64,000 nucleotides of DNA from Flavobacteriales bacterium (GTDB lineage: Bacteria > Bacteroidota > Bacteroidia > Flavobacteriales > Flavobacteriaceae): NCBI GenBank assembly GCA_020635875.1, contig JACJYY010000004.1, positions 232,904 to 296,903 on the forward strand. Direction: 5' to 3'. A program made the position numbers and the translations under genes. Of this stretch, positions 20,156 through 30,845 are shown piece by piece (within the stretch, counting starts at the first letter, position 1; every line of letters starts with the position of its first letter). Under the pieces are notes generated by a model. The model was not told where the DNA came from. It saw only the letters and a list, made by a program, of their open reading frames with translations, and did no database searches.

Positions 20156-20296
20156 ATCTTAAAAATTTAGATTTCAAAAATACTTAAAAAAAAGTTAATT
20201 TTTAAACTAAGTAATAATTATTAAGGCATAAGTATTAAGTATCAATCATACACTAAAAATACTTTGCAACTTTTGACTTTCAACTTTCGACCAAAA

Positions 20297-20408
20297 TAAA
20301 AGCCCGCTGGGCTTTTACGCTCAACAGGCTTTCTATTATTAATCTTTCAAAACTTTTCAAGTCCAAGAGTAAGCAACTTACTACTTACGCCTTATGACTT
20401 GCTACTTA
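20297..20408 (+). repeat. Direct repeat copy B (contains a terminator hairpin)
   Basis: Near-identical to 17657-17770; ends at the stop codon of 20406..21059. Confidence 0.85.
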
Positions 20409-21059
20409 CATCCTTACTTTCGCTTTGGCATTAGCGACAATATCAGAAGTATCATATCCTCCAAATTTCTTTAGGTAGGAACGCATAGGTGTTCCGTAAC
20501 CGTCTTTAAACCCAGAGTTTCCGTTAGAACGTAAATATTTACGGATGTTTCCTGGGCCTGCGAGATGAGCCGCAGCCAAAATCCCAGATTCAGTAACTAT
20601 TGTGCCATTGATTACAGTACCAGAATACTTTTCAATTTCCTTACGCAAATACCATTTGTTTAACGACAATAAGGCGTTAAAGGCTTTTTCTTGCATAGAT
20701 GGATTGTCTAAGAAGTTGTCCGTATTGTAAACCCCTATAGTTTCAAGAGTGGATTTACCAAACTGGTATTTACCCATATACCCTAAAGTATTTACTACAT
20801 TGTATCTACCTCTTGATTCTTTAAACGCAACAGCTTGTTTAAACGCGACTAAACTTTTTCCTGCAAAAGGAATTTTGGAAGTGAACCCAGCTTCTTCTTT
20901 CGTTGGTACAGAGTGTACCAATTCGTTACCAGATTCAACAATGAACCATTTGTAACGCAAATTGTAACTAGCTTTACTTTTTTCAGCCTTAAAACCAGTA
21001 ATAAAAAAGGCAATTAATGCAACTGATGTAATGTAAAATAATTTCTTACTTCTTACCAT
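20406..21059 (-). CDS. Lysozyme/lytic-transglycosylase-like protein (often annotated 'peptidoglycan-binding protein LysM' in Flavobacteria)
   Basis: AFKESRG...GKYQFG and AAAHLAGPG lysozyme-superfamily motifs; N-terminal TM helix. Confidence 0.7.
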   Translation of the reverse strand: MVRSKKLFYITSVALIAFFITGFKAEKSKASYNLRYKWFIVESGNELVHSVPTKEEAGFTSKIPFAGKSLVAFKQAVAFKESRGRYNVVNTLGYMGKYQFGKSTLETIGVYNTDNFLDNPSMQEKAFNALLSLNKWYLRKEIEKYSGTVINGTIVTESGILAAAHLAGPGNIRKYLRSNGNSGFKDGYGTPMRSYLKKFGGYDTSDIVANAKAKVRM

Positions 21060-21211
21060 GTTATTGTTTTCTTCAGCTTAGAAATCAAACACCATTTTGA
21101 TATTATACCAAAAATTTGTGTTTATAAAAGTGATAACCTCACTGAAATTTCACAGGGCAAATATATGGGCTTTTTTTTACCGCAACGACAAGAAATATGT
21201 TAAATCTTTGA

Positions 21212-22135
21212 TTAGTAGTAAATTGGATGAAAGAGTAATCTTCCGTCAGCCCTTATTTCTAACGTTGGAAATGGGATTTTCAACATATTTAAATTACTCA
21301 AAAAAGTTTTCAACAATTGATTTTTGGTTTTGATCTTGGACAAATCCACATCAAGGCTCAAATAATACTGTCTCACACGTTCTTTTTCAGGTAAAAACAC
21401 ATTGTTAATAAATTCTGTATCCCCTGTAATCATGCCTTCTGCACCGTATCCAACAGCCAGGTTTAACCATGTAGGAACGAACTGTTTTTTGATGAACGAA
21501 TGTAGATTTATGGATAACCAATACGTTTGACCGTTATAATCCTTTAATAATTGCTCGTTTGGTGCGTTTCCTAAAACTGAAGGTCTAATCGTGGCATAAG
21601 TGGTCTGATGAAAACTAAATTTAGGTTGTATCCGTTGCTCTTTCCAGAGCAAATCTTGTCCTATATATAAACCCGAACCTATGGCGTCTGCTATTAAATC
21701 TCCCTTAGAAGCTCCCCATTCTTGACTAAAACCGTCAAAAACCTCCACTGTGGCAACAAGAGCAAAGCCTAAACCTGCTCCGTAAATCAATTGTTGTTTC
21801 TGATTGGCTCCAGTCCAATTGAGCAATTCAGCACCTACCCTGCTCAAATGATATCCTGAATAAAAATGCCCTACTTTATCCATTTGCAACCATTCGTAGT
21901 TGTCATTGATAAAATGAAAGTCCGACTTAGGATAATCTTTGTACCACAAATAATATAAGCCTGTAAAAGCGCCTACCGTCGCCACAGACTCTCCAATAAC
22001 AATTGTACGTAATCTGGGTTTGTGTAAGGAGTCAGACGGTTGCCAAAAAGAAATCTTCTCCGACTCTTGTGCTATGTGTGGAGTGCATACCAATATCATA
22101 GCAATTATCAAGATTCGATGAAGGTTTAAGCGCAT
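21212..22135 (-). CDS. DUF2279/YfiM-like protein
   Basis: QMDKVGH, EVFDGFS, KDYNGQTYWLS. Confidence 0.8.
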   Translation of the reverse strand: MRLNLHRILIIAMILVCTPHIAQESEKISFWQPSDSLHKPRLRTIVIGESVATVGAFTGLYYLWYKDYPKSDFHFINDNYEWLQMDKVGHFYSGYHLSRVGAELLNWTGANQKQQLIYGAGLGFALVATVEVFDGFSQEWGASKGDLIADAIGSGLYIGQDLLWKEQRIQPKFSFHQTTYATIRPSVLGNAPNEQLLKDYNGQTYWLSINLHSFIKKQFVPTWLNLAVGYGAEGMITGDTEFINNVFLPEKERVRQYYLSLDVDLSKIKTKNQLLKTFLSNLNMLKIPFPTLEIRADGRLLFHPIYY

Positions 22136-23175
22136 TACCTGTAAATCTTTTGCTGGTTAATCCAACGTTGGTATTTTCTTCTATTAATGCCGTGTTGAGC
22201 AAGGGTTTTGGCAAACTCATGATAACCAAAACGAGTGACACTCGCACAGAAATACAAATAGTCGTGTGGCTCTGGATGTAAGACCGCGTCAATTGCCGAA
22301 ATATCAGGCATAGCAATTGGCCCAGGGGGTAATCCTTTGATTTTGTAGGTATTATAAGGTGAATCAATGCCTAAATCCTTAAGTAACACTCTTTTTATTT
22401 CTTGATCAAAATCGCCAGATTGTAGTTTAACTGCATAAATAACGGTAGGGTCTGCATCTAACTTTATCCCTCTTTTCAAGCGATTGAGGTACACCCCGGC
22501 AACCGTTGGTCGTTCTTCAATCATTACGGTCTCTTTATGAACTATAGAAGCCAATGTGGTTACTTGTTTTGGGGTTAAACCCAAATCGTGTGCTTGTTGT
22601 TTTCTTTTTTCGTTCCAAAAAATGCGATACTCTTTTGCCATTCTGTTAGCAAATTTCCTTGGGGTAGTGTTCCAATACAACTCATAGGAATTAGGAATAA
22701 ACATCCCCAACAACTCCTCTTTACTAAATTCATTTTCTTTTAAAAAGTCAGGATCAGTAATAGCGTTGAGGATTTGAATGCTATCAGGTTCAATTTGAGC
22801 AGCAATGCGCCCGGCAAATTTTTCTATAGTTTCTTGGTTGTTAAACGATACTTTTTTAGGAAGATTAACCCTTAAAGCTCGAATTATCTCTAGTGTATTC
22901 ATGCCTTTGGTAATCAAAAAACGGCCTGCCTTTACATTATCGGAATACATAGCTTTTTCAGCTACTATGGATATTCGTTCCGGTTTAACGACATAAGGTG
23001 TTAATAGTTGTTGTACCTCGGTAATTGAGCTCCCTGTAGGAATATGAATAAACACCTGAGGTTCTTCAAAGTTAGTATTTGGTGTAAAAATATCTTTATA
23101 CAATTTATATCCATATACCGAAGCCACGGAAACGATAACAATTAATGTGATGGAGATAATTTTGTTGAGTTTCAA
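22135..23175 (-). CDS. mltG: Endolytic transglycosylase MltG
   Basis: LASIVHKET, LDADPTVIYA, SPYNTY, GLPPGPI. Confidence 0.95.
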   Translation of the reverse strand: MKLNKIISITLIVIVSVASVYGYKLYKDIFTPNTNFEEPQVFIHIPTGSSITEVQQLLTPYVVKPERISIVAEKAMYSDNVKAGRFLITKGMNTLEIIRALRVNLPKKVSFNNQETIEKFAGRIAAQIEPDSIQILNAITDPDFLKENEFSKEELLGMFIPNSYELYWNTTPRKFANRMAKEYRIFWNEKRKQQAHDLGLTPKQVTTLASIVHKETVMIEERPTVAGVYLNRLKRGIKLDADPTVIYAVKLQSGDFDQEIKRVLLKDLGIDSPYNTYKIKGLPPGPIAMPDISAIDAVLHPEPHDYLYFCASVTRFGYHEFAKTLAQHGINRRKYQRWINQQKIYR

Positions 23176-23180
23176 ACCTT

Positions 23181-23714
23181 TTAATTGTTAGTATTGATTA
23201 ATTGAAAGTGTAATTCGTTGCAATATCCTGAATTGGTTTTTATCCAATCTTTTTTGGTACCTGTGTGCTCAAAATTTAAACTTTTGAACAAATGTAAACT
23301 CGCTTGATTTTCTTCTGTTATGCCCACGTAAATTTGATGCAGTTGTAGGGTGTTAAACACATAGTTACTCATTAATTGTATGGCTTCCTTGCCAAAACCT
23401 TTTCTTTTGTCCTGGTCTGAATGAATGACGATGCCTAAGCCTACTCTTTTATTGATCGGGTCAAAATCGTATAAATCAATTAAACCTAATCGTGTATCAT
23501 CGTTAGCGCAAATGACTAGGCGTAATTGTTTAGCTTCAAAGATATCTTGATGTGCGTTTTTGAGGTATTCTGTGAGAATGTATCTGCTAAACGGCTGAAT
23601 GGTGTTGCTTAAATACCACAAAGACTCATCATTTTCGACTTGATATAAAAAATCAATATCCTCTGGCTCTAATGCTCTCAGGTAGATATGTTCTCCTTTA
23701 AACTTTGGCATCAA
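23181..23714 (-). CDS. GNAT family N-acetyltransferase (RimJ/RimL/SpeG-like)
   Basis: LRALEPED, KRKGFGKEA, NQASLHLF. Confidence 0.88.
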   Translation of the reverse strand: MMPKFKGEHIYLRALEPEDIDFLYQVENDESLWYLSNTIQPFSRYILTEYLKNAHQDIFEAKQLRLVICANDDTRLGLIDLYDFDPINKRVGLGIVIHSDQDKRKGFGKEAIQLMSNYVFNTLQLHQIYVGITEENQASLHLFKSLNFEHTGTKKDWIKTNSGYCNELHFQLINTNN

Positions 23715-24486
23715 TCGTTCCTTTAAAAACCAATTGTGCTGGTCCTTTCAAAAAGACATTTTTAAAAGCGCCTTCGATTTCTTCAAAAGATACTTGCAAT
23801 TGACCTCCTTTAGTTTGTAATGAGATTTCATTAGAGATGGCTTGCCCCCTTACTTTCATCGCAATTGCAGCAGCTGTAGCTCCTGTACCGCAAGAAAGGG
23901 TTTCATCTTCTACTCCTCTTTCGTAGGTACGAATGGCAAAATTATCAGCCCCTAAAGGACTAACAAAGTTAACGTTAGTGCCTCCATCTGCTTTGTACAA
24001 CTGACTGTATCGGATATTGGCGCCGTCAATTTTTACATTAACATCATTCACATTTTCAACCTCTTGAACATGATGAGGAGAACCTGTATTCATAAACGTA
24101 TGTGTTTTGGCTAAACTAATTCCTGCTACATCAATCATTTGTAGGGATACAATTCCGTTTTCTATAGTCGCATGATGTTCTCCATCAACGGCAATGAAAG
24201 TGGTTTTATCTTTAATTGCTCCTATTTCTTTGGCGAAAGCTACCAAACAGCGTCCTCCATTACCGCACATAGTTCCTTCGTTACCGTCTGCGTTGTAATA
24301 TACCATGCGGAAATCATAACCCTCAGCATTTTCTAACAACATTAATCCGTCCGCTCCTATTCCAAATCTTCGGTCACATAAAAAGTGAACCAAATCTGTA
24401 TTTTCTTTAGGAAAATGTAGGTCTCGATTATCAATAATCACAAAGTCATTTCCTGTCCCCTGGTATTTATAAAAAGTAAGATTCAT
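23698..24486 (-). CDS. dapF: Diaminopimelate epimerase
   Basis: KYQGTGNDF, MCGNGGRC, ERGVEDETLSCGTG; ATG at 24486. Confidence 0.96.
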   Translation of the reverse strand: MNLTFYKYQGTGNDFVIIDNRDLHFPKENTDLVHFLCDRRFGIGADGLMLLENAEGYDFRMVYYNADGNEGTMCGNGGRCLVAFAKEIGAIKDKTTFIAVDGEHHATIENGIVSLQMIDVAGISLAKTHTFMNTGSPHHVQEVENVNDVNVKIDGANIRYSQLYKADGGTNVNFVSPLGADNFAIRTYERGVEDETLSCGTGATAAAIAMKVRGQAISNEISLQTKGGQLQVSFEEIEGAFKNVFLKGPAQLVFKGTIDAKV

Positions 24487-24683
24487 TGTTTTGTTTTCTG
24501 AACACAAAGGTAGGAATATTAGTGACAAAATGAATATAACTGACATCTTTACCATGGGTCTAATTAGGCATACTTTTTGTTTTTCGCATAAAAAAAAGTT
24601 AAACACTGTTAAAGTGCGTTAAGCTGTTTTTAAAAAATAATTTTTCATTTTAATTTTAAACCACAAATTTTAAACAATTACTT

Positions 24684-26081
24684 ATGAAAACGTTTACAAA
24701 AATCTTAGCTACCTCCTTATTAAGTGGAGCAATTACTTTAGGTTCTTATAAGTTATTCTTTGAAAAACCTAACGAAACAAATAACAATTCTAAAGGTATA
24801 ACCACAACATCAGCCCTACCCTACACCCATCAAAATGTAGGTTCAGTTGCCAATGCAATTGATTTTACAACGGCTGCAGAGAACACAATTAACACCGTAG
24901 TTCACGTTAAGAATGTATCTTACTCTGTGGTTTCTAATCCCATACTAGAATTTTTTTACGGGTATCAAGGAGGTCAACAAAGATCACAAGTCGGAACCGG
25001 ATCAGGTGTCATAATTTCAGCTGACGGCTATATCGTCACGAATAACCATGTGATTCAAAATGCTTCTGAAATTGAAGTCGCTTTAAACAATAACAAAACC
25101 TATAAAGCCAAATTAATTGGTACAGATTCTAAAATGGATATAGCCTTATTAAAGGTAGACGCAGATGAAGAATTACCATTTGCTGTTTTTGGAGACTCAG
25201 ACAACGTAAAAGTTGGTGAATGGGTTTTGGCTGTTGGTAATCCATACAATCTAAATTCTACAGTTACTGCGGGTATTGTTTCGGCGAAAGCCAGAAGTTT
25301 AGATCAATCCAACAGTATTCAATCCTTTATTCAAACGGATGCCGCGGTAAATCCAGGAAACAGCGGTGGCGCTTTGGTAAACACTCGTGGAGAGTTAATT
25401 GGAGTAAACACTATGATTTCTTCTAACACGGGTTCTTATGTAGGCTATTCTTTTGCTGTGCCTTCTAATATCACTCGTAAGATTATCGAAGATATTATGG
25501 AATACGGTAATGTTCAGCGTGGTATTTTAGGTATTGAAGGTGGTGAATTAAATTCGGCTGCAGCCAAAGAATTAGAGCTTTCACAAACAGAAGGATTCTA
25601 TGTGGCTAAAGTCTTGAAAAACTCAGGTGCTGAAAAAGGTGGATTAGAAAAAGGAGATGTGATTTTGAAATTGGATAACCAAAAAATTAAATCTTTTGCA
25701 GAATTATCGGGATACATCAACACCAAAAGACCGGATGATATTATTAATGTAACTGTATTGCGTAAAGGAAAAGAAAAGGTACTTCCTATTGCTTTATCAC
25801 GATCTGAAATGGTAACATACGAATACAATGGATTAGAATTACAGTCTATTGACGATGAAATCAAAGAAAAATTTAAAACAGAACACGGTGTACTAATCAA
25901 AGATGTAACGGATGAAAGTTATGCTGAATTGAAAGGTAAAATCATATTAAGTATTGATGGTATCAAAATGAAGGATATGGATACAGCCAAAAAAATACTT
26001 GCTGACAAAAGTCCTAACCGCTCAACAAAAATTCAGGTGTTAAGTAAAGAAGGGAAAGTGGAATGGTATATTTTTAGATAG
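24684..26081 (+). CDS. htrA: HtrA/DegP family serine protease with PDZ domains
   Basis: TNNHVI, DIALLK, NPGNSGGAL; PDZ region. Confidence 0.93.
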   Translation: MKTFTKILATSLLSGAITLGSYKLFFEKPNETNNNSKGITTTSALPYTHQNVGSVANAIDFTTAAENTINTVVHVKNVSYSVVSNPILEFFYGYQGGQQRSQVGTGSGVIISADGYIVTNNHVIQNASEIEVALNNNKTYKAKLIGTDSKMDIALLKVDADEELPFAVFGDSDNVKVGEWVLAVGNPYNLNSTVTAGIVSAKARSLDQSNSIQSFIQTDAAVNPGNSGGALVNTRGELIGVNTMISSNTGSYVGYSFAVPSNITRKIIEDIMEYGNVQRGILGIEGGELNSAAAKELELSQTEGFYVAKVLKNSGAEKGGLEKGDVILKLDNQKIKSFAELSGYINTKRPDDIINVTVLRKGKEKVLPIALSRSEMVTYEYNGLELQSIDDEIKEKFKTEHGVLIKDVTDESYAELKGKIILSIDGIKMKDMDTAKKILADKSPNRSTKIQVLSKEGKVEWYIFR

Positions 26082-26106
26082 GAGTGCTTCTTTCCTATTT
26101 AGCTTA

Positions 26107-26134
26107 AAAGGTTCGATTATGTCGAGCCTTTTTT
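26107..26134 (+). terminator. Intrinsic terminator
   Basis: AAAAGGTTCGA-ttatg-TCGAGCCTTTTT after htrA. Confidence 0.7.
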
Positions 26135-26188
26135 GTTATTTCGATATCCATTATAAAGTAATACCTTTGCGCTTCAATTATTTGCTCT

Positions 26189-27397
26189 ATGAGATTACAT
26201 CGCAACTTGGTTTATACAACAATCGATTCCCTTAATTTTATCTTTAACGAAGGTGAATACGCTGACAAAATTGTAGCTCAAGCCTTAAAAAAAGACAAAC
26301 GCTGGGGCAGCCATGATAGACGTTTTGTAGCGGAGGCGATTTATGATATTGTGCGTTGGAAAAGACTCTATGCGGAAGTAGCTCAAGTAAATGAAGCACC
26401 GTATACAAGAGATCAACTGTGGCGCATATTTGCGGTATGGGCGGTAATGAGAGGCTATTCAATTCCTGACTGGAGACAATTAGAAGGAACCCCTACTCGA
26501 CGAATCAAAGGTCGTTTTGATGAATTATCAAAAACAAGAACACTCAGAGAATCTATTCCTGACTGGATGGACGAATTGGTGGCTGGAGAAATCGGTGAGG
26601 CGATTTGGGAAAAGGAAATTAAAGCTCAAAATGAATCTGCCAAAGTGGTGTTGCGTGTTAACACCTTAAAGACCACTAAAAAAGAATTACAGTCTAAGTT
26701 ATTTGATCTTGATATTGAAACAGAATCTGTTGACGGTTACCCAGATGCTTTGGTATTAAAAGACCGTTCTAATGTTTTTATGACAGATTTATTTAAGCAA
26801 GGTTTTTTTGAGGTACAAGACGCTTCGTCACAGTTAGTGGCATATTATCTCGATCTTAAGCCAGGCATGAAAGTGGTTGACACTTGTGCAGGTGCAGGAG
26901 GAAAATCCCTTCACATAGCTTCATTATTGGAAAATAAAGGGCAAGTAATTGCTATGGATTTGTACGAAAGTAAACTCAAACAATTGAAACAACGTGCCAA
27001 AAGAAATGGGGCTTTCAATATTGATTATCGGGTGATAGATTCAACTAAGGCAATCAAGAAATTATATGGTAAAGCAGATCGGGTATTGATTGATGCACCT
27101 TGCAGTGGTTTAGGTGTACTGAAAAGAAATCCTGACGCAAAATGGAAATTACAACCTGAGTTTATCGACAACATCAAAAAAACGCAGCGAGAGATATTAG
27201 AGAGCTATTCTAAAATTGTAAAACCTGGAGGTAAATTGGTTTATGCAACTTGTTCCATCTTACCTTCCGAAAATCAAGAACAAGTAGCGTTTTTCTTGAA
27301 GAAAAATCCTGATTTTGAATTAGTTAAAGAAAACAGAATACTGGCACATCAATCTGGTTTTGATGGGTTTTATATGGCTCAGCTTCAAAAGAAATAA
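26189..27397 (+). CDS. RsmB/NOP family RNA m5C methyltransferase
   Basis: VQDASSQ, CAGAGGK, DAPCSG, YATCS. Confidence 0.93.
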   Translation: MRLHRNLVYTTIDSLNFIFNEGEYADKIVAQALKKDKRWGSHDRRFVAEAIYDIVRWKRLYAEVAQVNEAPYTRDQLWRIFAVWAVMRGYSIPDWRQLEGTPTRRIKGRFDELSKTRTLRESIPDWMDELVAGEIGEAIWEKEIKAQNESAKVVLRVNTLKTTKKELQSKLFDLDIETESVDGYPDALVLKDRSNVFMTDLFKQGFFEVQDASSQLVAYYLDLKPGMKVVDTCAGAGGKSLHIASLLENKGQVIAMDLYESKLKQLKQRAKRNGAFNIDYRVIDSTKAIKKLYGKADRVLIDAPCSGLGVLKRNPDAKWKLQPEFIDNIKKTQREILESYSKIVKPGGKLVYATCSILPSENQEQVAFFLKKNPDFELVKENRILAHQSGFDGFYMAQLQKK

Positions 27398-27473
27398 TCC
27401 TTTTGTAAATTGTCCCTAATTTATTTAGTCAATTTTAGGATATGACTTATCTTAGTGAACAAATTTTATACAA

Positions 27474-28625
27474 ATGATTAGAAAGTTTTTGTTGTGCGTT
27501 GCATTATTGCCCATTTTTGGTTTCAGTCAAATAACAATTAAAATAACTTCAATTCCTGATAACACTCCTAAAGAGGATAAAATTTATCTAGTAGGAAATG
27601 TAAATGATTGGAATCCACAAGACGCTAATTATCAACTAAGACCTGATCAGCAAGGTAATTTATCTATACAAATTCCTGAAGGAATCACAGATTTAGAATT
27701 TAAATTTACTAGAGGTAGTTGGGAATCTACCGAAGGAAATGCTTCTGGGAAATATTTACACAACAGAGTCTCTCAATTTACAGGAAGCAATCAAGTTTTA
27801 GAAGTATCCATCGAATCATGGGAAGATTTAGCGGGAGAAATGAAAAAGACATTTGCTGATAATGTTTCTGTCCTTAGGGAGTCATTTTATATGCCTCAGT
27901 TGAATCGTTTCAGAAAAATTTGGGTCTATCTACCTCCTGATTATTATGACACCACTAAAAATTACCCTGTTTTATACATGCAAGACGGTCAAAATCTTTT
28001 TGATAATACAACTTCTTATGCGGGCGAATGGAGTGTGGACGAAACCTTAAATGAATTACATAAAAACGGGGATTATGGAGCTATTGTAATTGGAATAGCA
28101 AACGGTAATCAAGATCGTAATAAGGAATATTCTCCTTGGAAAAACGTAACCTATAGCGGTGGAGAAGGAAATGATTACCTTCAATTTATCGTTGAAACAC
28201 TAAAACCCCATGTGGATTCTAAATACAGAACACTAAAAGACCCAGATAATACAGCTTTAATAGGAAGTTCTTTGGGGGCTCTCATTTCTACTTATGGAGC
28301 ATGTAAATATCCTAGTATTTTTGGTAAAGTTGGTGCTTTAAGTCCTGCTTATTGGTTCTCTTTTAATGAGTTAAATAAATATTTAGAAACGCTCCCAAAA
28401 AAGTCTTTAAAAAACTTAAAACTATATGTAGTCGCAGGTCAGGATGAGTATGAAATGATGGTTTCGGATGTAGAGATAGTGAAAGCTAATTTGGAAAAAA
28501 AGGGTGTACAGAAAGAGAATATCAAAGTAAAATTTGATGCTGATGGAACTCATACCGAATATTATTGGAAAAGAGAATTTGGTTCTTTATACCAATGGCT
28601 TTTTGCTCCTTCTGAAAAAAAGTAG
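27474..28625 (+). CDS. Secreted alpha/beta-hydrolase-fold esterase with N-terminal CBM-like domain
   Basis: YPVLYMQDGQNLF, GSSLG nucleophile elbow; N-terminal FKFTRGSW. Confidence 0.85.
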   Translation: MIRKFLLCVALLPIFGFSQITIKITSIPDNTPKEDKIYLVGNVNDWNPQDANYQLRPDQQGNLSIQIPEGITDLEFKFTRGSWESTEGNASGKYLHNRVSQFTGSNQVLEVSIESWEDLAGEMKKTFADNVSVLRESFYMPQLNRFRKIWVYLPPDYYDTTKNYPVLYMQDGQNLFDNTTSYAGEWSVDETLNELHKNGDYGAIVIGIANGNQDRNKEYSPWKNVTYSGGEGNDYLQFIVETLKPHVDSKYRTLKDPDNTALIGSSLGALISTYGACKYPSIFGKVGALSPAYWFSFNELNKYLETLPKKSLKNLKLYVVAGQDEYEMMVSDVEIVKANLEKKGVQKENIKVKFDADGTHTEYYWKREFGSLYQWLFAPSEKK

Positions 28626-28697
28626 TAGAATACACTTAAGCATTAAAAAAGACGACTACTGAAAAGTAATCGCCTTTTTGTTTTATGTTGACTAAAA

Positions 28698-30170
28698 TTA
28701 CCTTGAGTAATTAGGAGCTTCTTTTGTGATGGTTACATTATGAGGATGACTCTCCGTAATACCACTTGCCGTGATGCGAACAAATCTACCTGTTTCTTTG
28801 AGTGTTTCAATGTCTTTTGCCCCACAGTACCCCATACCTGCTCGTAAACCTCCTATAAATTGAACCATACTTTCAGCTAATTCTCCTTTATAAGGAACTC
28901 TACCTTCAATACCTTCTGGAACTAATTTTTTAACATCATCCTCAACATCTTGAAAATAACGATCCTTCGAGCCTTTTTTCATGGCTTCTACCGATCCCAT
29001 TCCTCTGTATGATTTGAACTTTCGTCCTTCAAAAATAATCGTTTCTCCTGGTGACTCTTTTGTTCCTGCTAACAATGAACCAAGCATCAGACAGTCAGCT
29101 CCTGCAGCAATAGCCTTAGGAATATCTCCTGTATAACGAATACCTCCATCCGCAATAACTGGAACTCCTGAGCCTTTTATCGCTGCAGCTACCTCCATTA
29201 CCGCAGTAAATTGAGGAAATCCAACTCCAGCTACAATACGTGTAGTACAAATAGAACCTGGGCCAATTCCTACTTTTACTGCATCTGCCCCATTTTCAAC
29301 TAAATATTTGGCAGCCTCTGGTGTAGCTATATTGCCAACAACAACATCTATGTCTGGATATTTGGCTTTAACCTCTTTTAATACTCTAACCACTCCTTCG
29401 GTATGTCCGTGAGCTGTATCAATAATGACTGCATCAACTCCAGCCTCTACCAAAGCTCCTGCTCTCTCTACTGCATCTCCTGTCACACCAATCGCTGCCG
29501 CAACTTTAAGACGACCATATTTGTCCTTGTTAGACATTGGGTTTTGTGTCAATTTTGTAATATCTCTAAAGGTAATTAAACCTACTAATCGATTATTATC
29601 ACTAACTACTGGCAATTTTTCAATTTTATTTCCTTGAAGTACAATTTCTGCTTGTTGTAAGGATGTACCCTCAGATACTGTGACAAGGTTTTCGCTAGTC
29701 ATTACTTCGACAATTGGGCGCGAGTTATTGCTTTCAAAACGCAAATCACGATTAGTTACAATGCCTTTTAATATCATGTTTTCATCCACAATAGGAATAC
29801 CGCCAATACTATATTCTTGCATGGCAGCTTTTGCGTCTGATACTTTTGCGTCTAAAGATAAAGTAACAGGATCTATAATCATTCCTGATTCAGCCCGTTT
29901 TACTTTTCTAACTTTCAGTGCTTGTTTTTCAATAGACATATTTTTATGCAACACACCAATTCCTCCTTCTCTTGCCATAGCAATAGCCATAGCACTTTCT
30001 GTAACTGTATCCATAGCCGCAGATACAATTGGCACATTTAATGTGATGTTTCTAGAAAATTTAGTTTGAATACTGACGTCTCTAGGTAAGACACTTGAAT
30101 AGTTAGGTACTAAAAGTACATCGTCGTAAGTTAACCCTTCACCGACAATTTTTGAGTTCTGAGATATCAT
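28698..30170 (-). CDS. guaB: IMP dehydrogenase
   Basis: [22 protein letters not shown]; CBS domains. Confidence 0.98.
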   Translation of the reverse strand: MISQNSKIVGEGLTYDDVLLVPNYSSVLPRDVSIQTKFSRNITLNVPIVSAAMDTVTESAMAIAMAREGGIGVLHKNMSIEKQALKVRKVKRAESGMIIDPVTLSLDAKVSDAKAAMQEYSIGGIPIVDENMILKGIVTNRDLRFESNNSRPIVEVMTSENLVTVSEGTSLQQAEIVLQGNKIEKLPVVSDNNRLVGLITFRDITKLTQNPMSNKDKYGRLKVAAAIGVTGDAVERAGALVEAGVDAVIIDTAHGHTEGVVRVLKEVKAKYPDIDVVVGNIATPEAAKYLVENGADAVKVGIGPGSICTTRIVAGVGFPQFTAVMEVAAAIKGSGVPVIADGGIRYTGDIPKAIAAGADCLMLGSLLAGTKESPGETIIFEGRKFKSYRGMGSVEAMKKGSKDRYFQDVEDDVKKLVPEGIEGRVPYKGELAESMVQFIGGLRAGMGYCGAKDIETLKETGRFVRITASGITESHPHNVTITKEAPNYSR

Positions 30171-30302
30171 TGCAATTTTGTTAAGAATTGCATGCAAATA
30201 TAGTGCTTTTCTATTAAACCTTAAATTGATTTAGTATTAAATAAATGCAAAAAAAAAGCTATCGATTGACGATAGCTCTTGCAAGTCCTTATAAGAAGAA
30301 CA

Positions 30303-30737
30303 TTACTCTTCTTTTGTTTTCTTTTTCTTCGCATCCTCACGGTCTCCACGCTCAGGCATAATAGTAGTTACAGAATAAACTGCACCTTCTTTTACTGATA
30401 AGAGCCCTACATTAGCTTTACCTTTAACTGAAGCTTGTTCTTCTACAGACAACAATCCAGAAACTGTTAAATCCCCTTCATAACTACCTTTCATAGTTAC
30501 AGTAGCTGCTGTAATTGCGCCATTGATTTTAGCTGTTTCTCCAACTACTAGAGCGGCTTCTGATGAAAAATTTCCCTTTAATTCACCGTAAATATCAAAA
30601 TCAGAAACGGCGGTAATATTTCCTGTCACTACAGTTCCTTCTGATATTGTACTTTTTTTACCTTTCTTTTGAGCATAACCCCCACATGCAACAAACAATA
30701 CTAAAACTGTTATTATTGCTTTCATATTTTTCATCAT
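30303..30737 (-). CDS. Bactofilin (polymer-forming cytoskeletal protein) with apparent signal peptide
   Basis: TISEGTVVTGNI...VVGETAKINGAI beta-helix repeats; hydrophobic N-terminus ending YA-Q. Confidence 0.82.
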   Translation of the reverse strand: MMKNMKAIITVLVLFVACGGYAQKKGKKSTISEGTVVTGNITAVSDFDIYGELKGNFSSEAALVVGETAKINGAITAATVTMKGSYEGDLTVSGLLSVEEQASVKGKANVGLLSVKEGAVYSVTTIMPERGDREDAKKKKTKEE

Positions 30738-30845
30738 AATATTTGGATACTTTTTTGATTGTTAGAATTGTAAATTTATTGAATTTATTGAATTGACAAA
30801 GGCTCTGTTGTGATTTTTTTAGGAAAAAAACTAGATTACTAAAAA

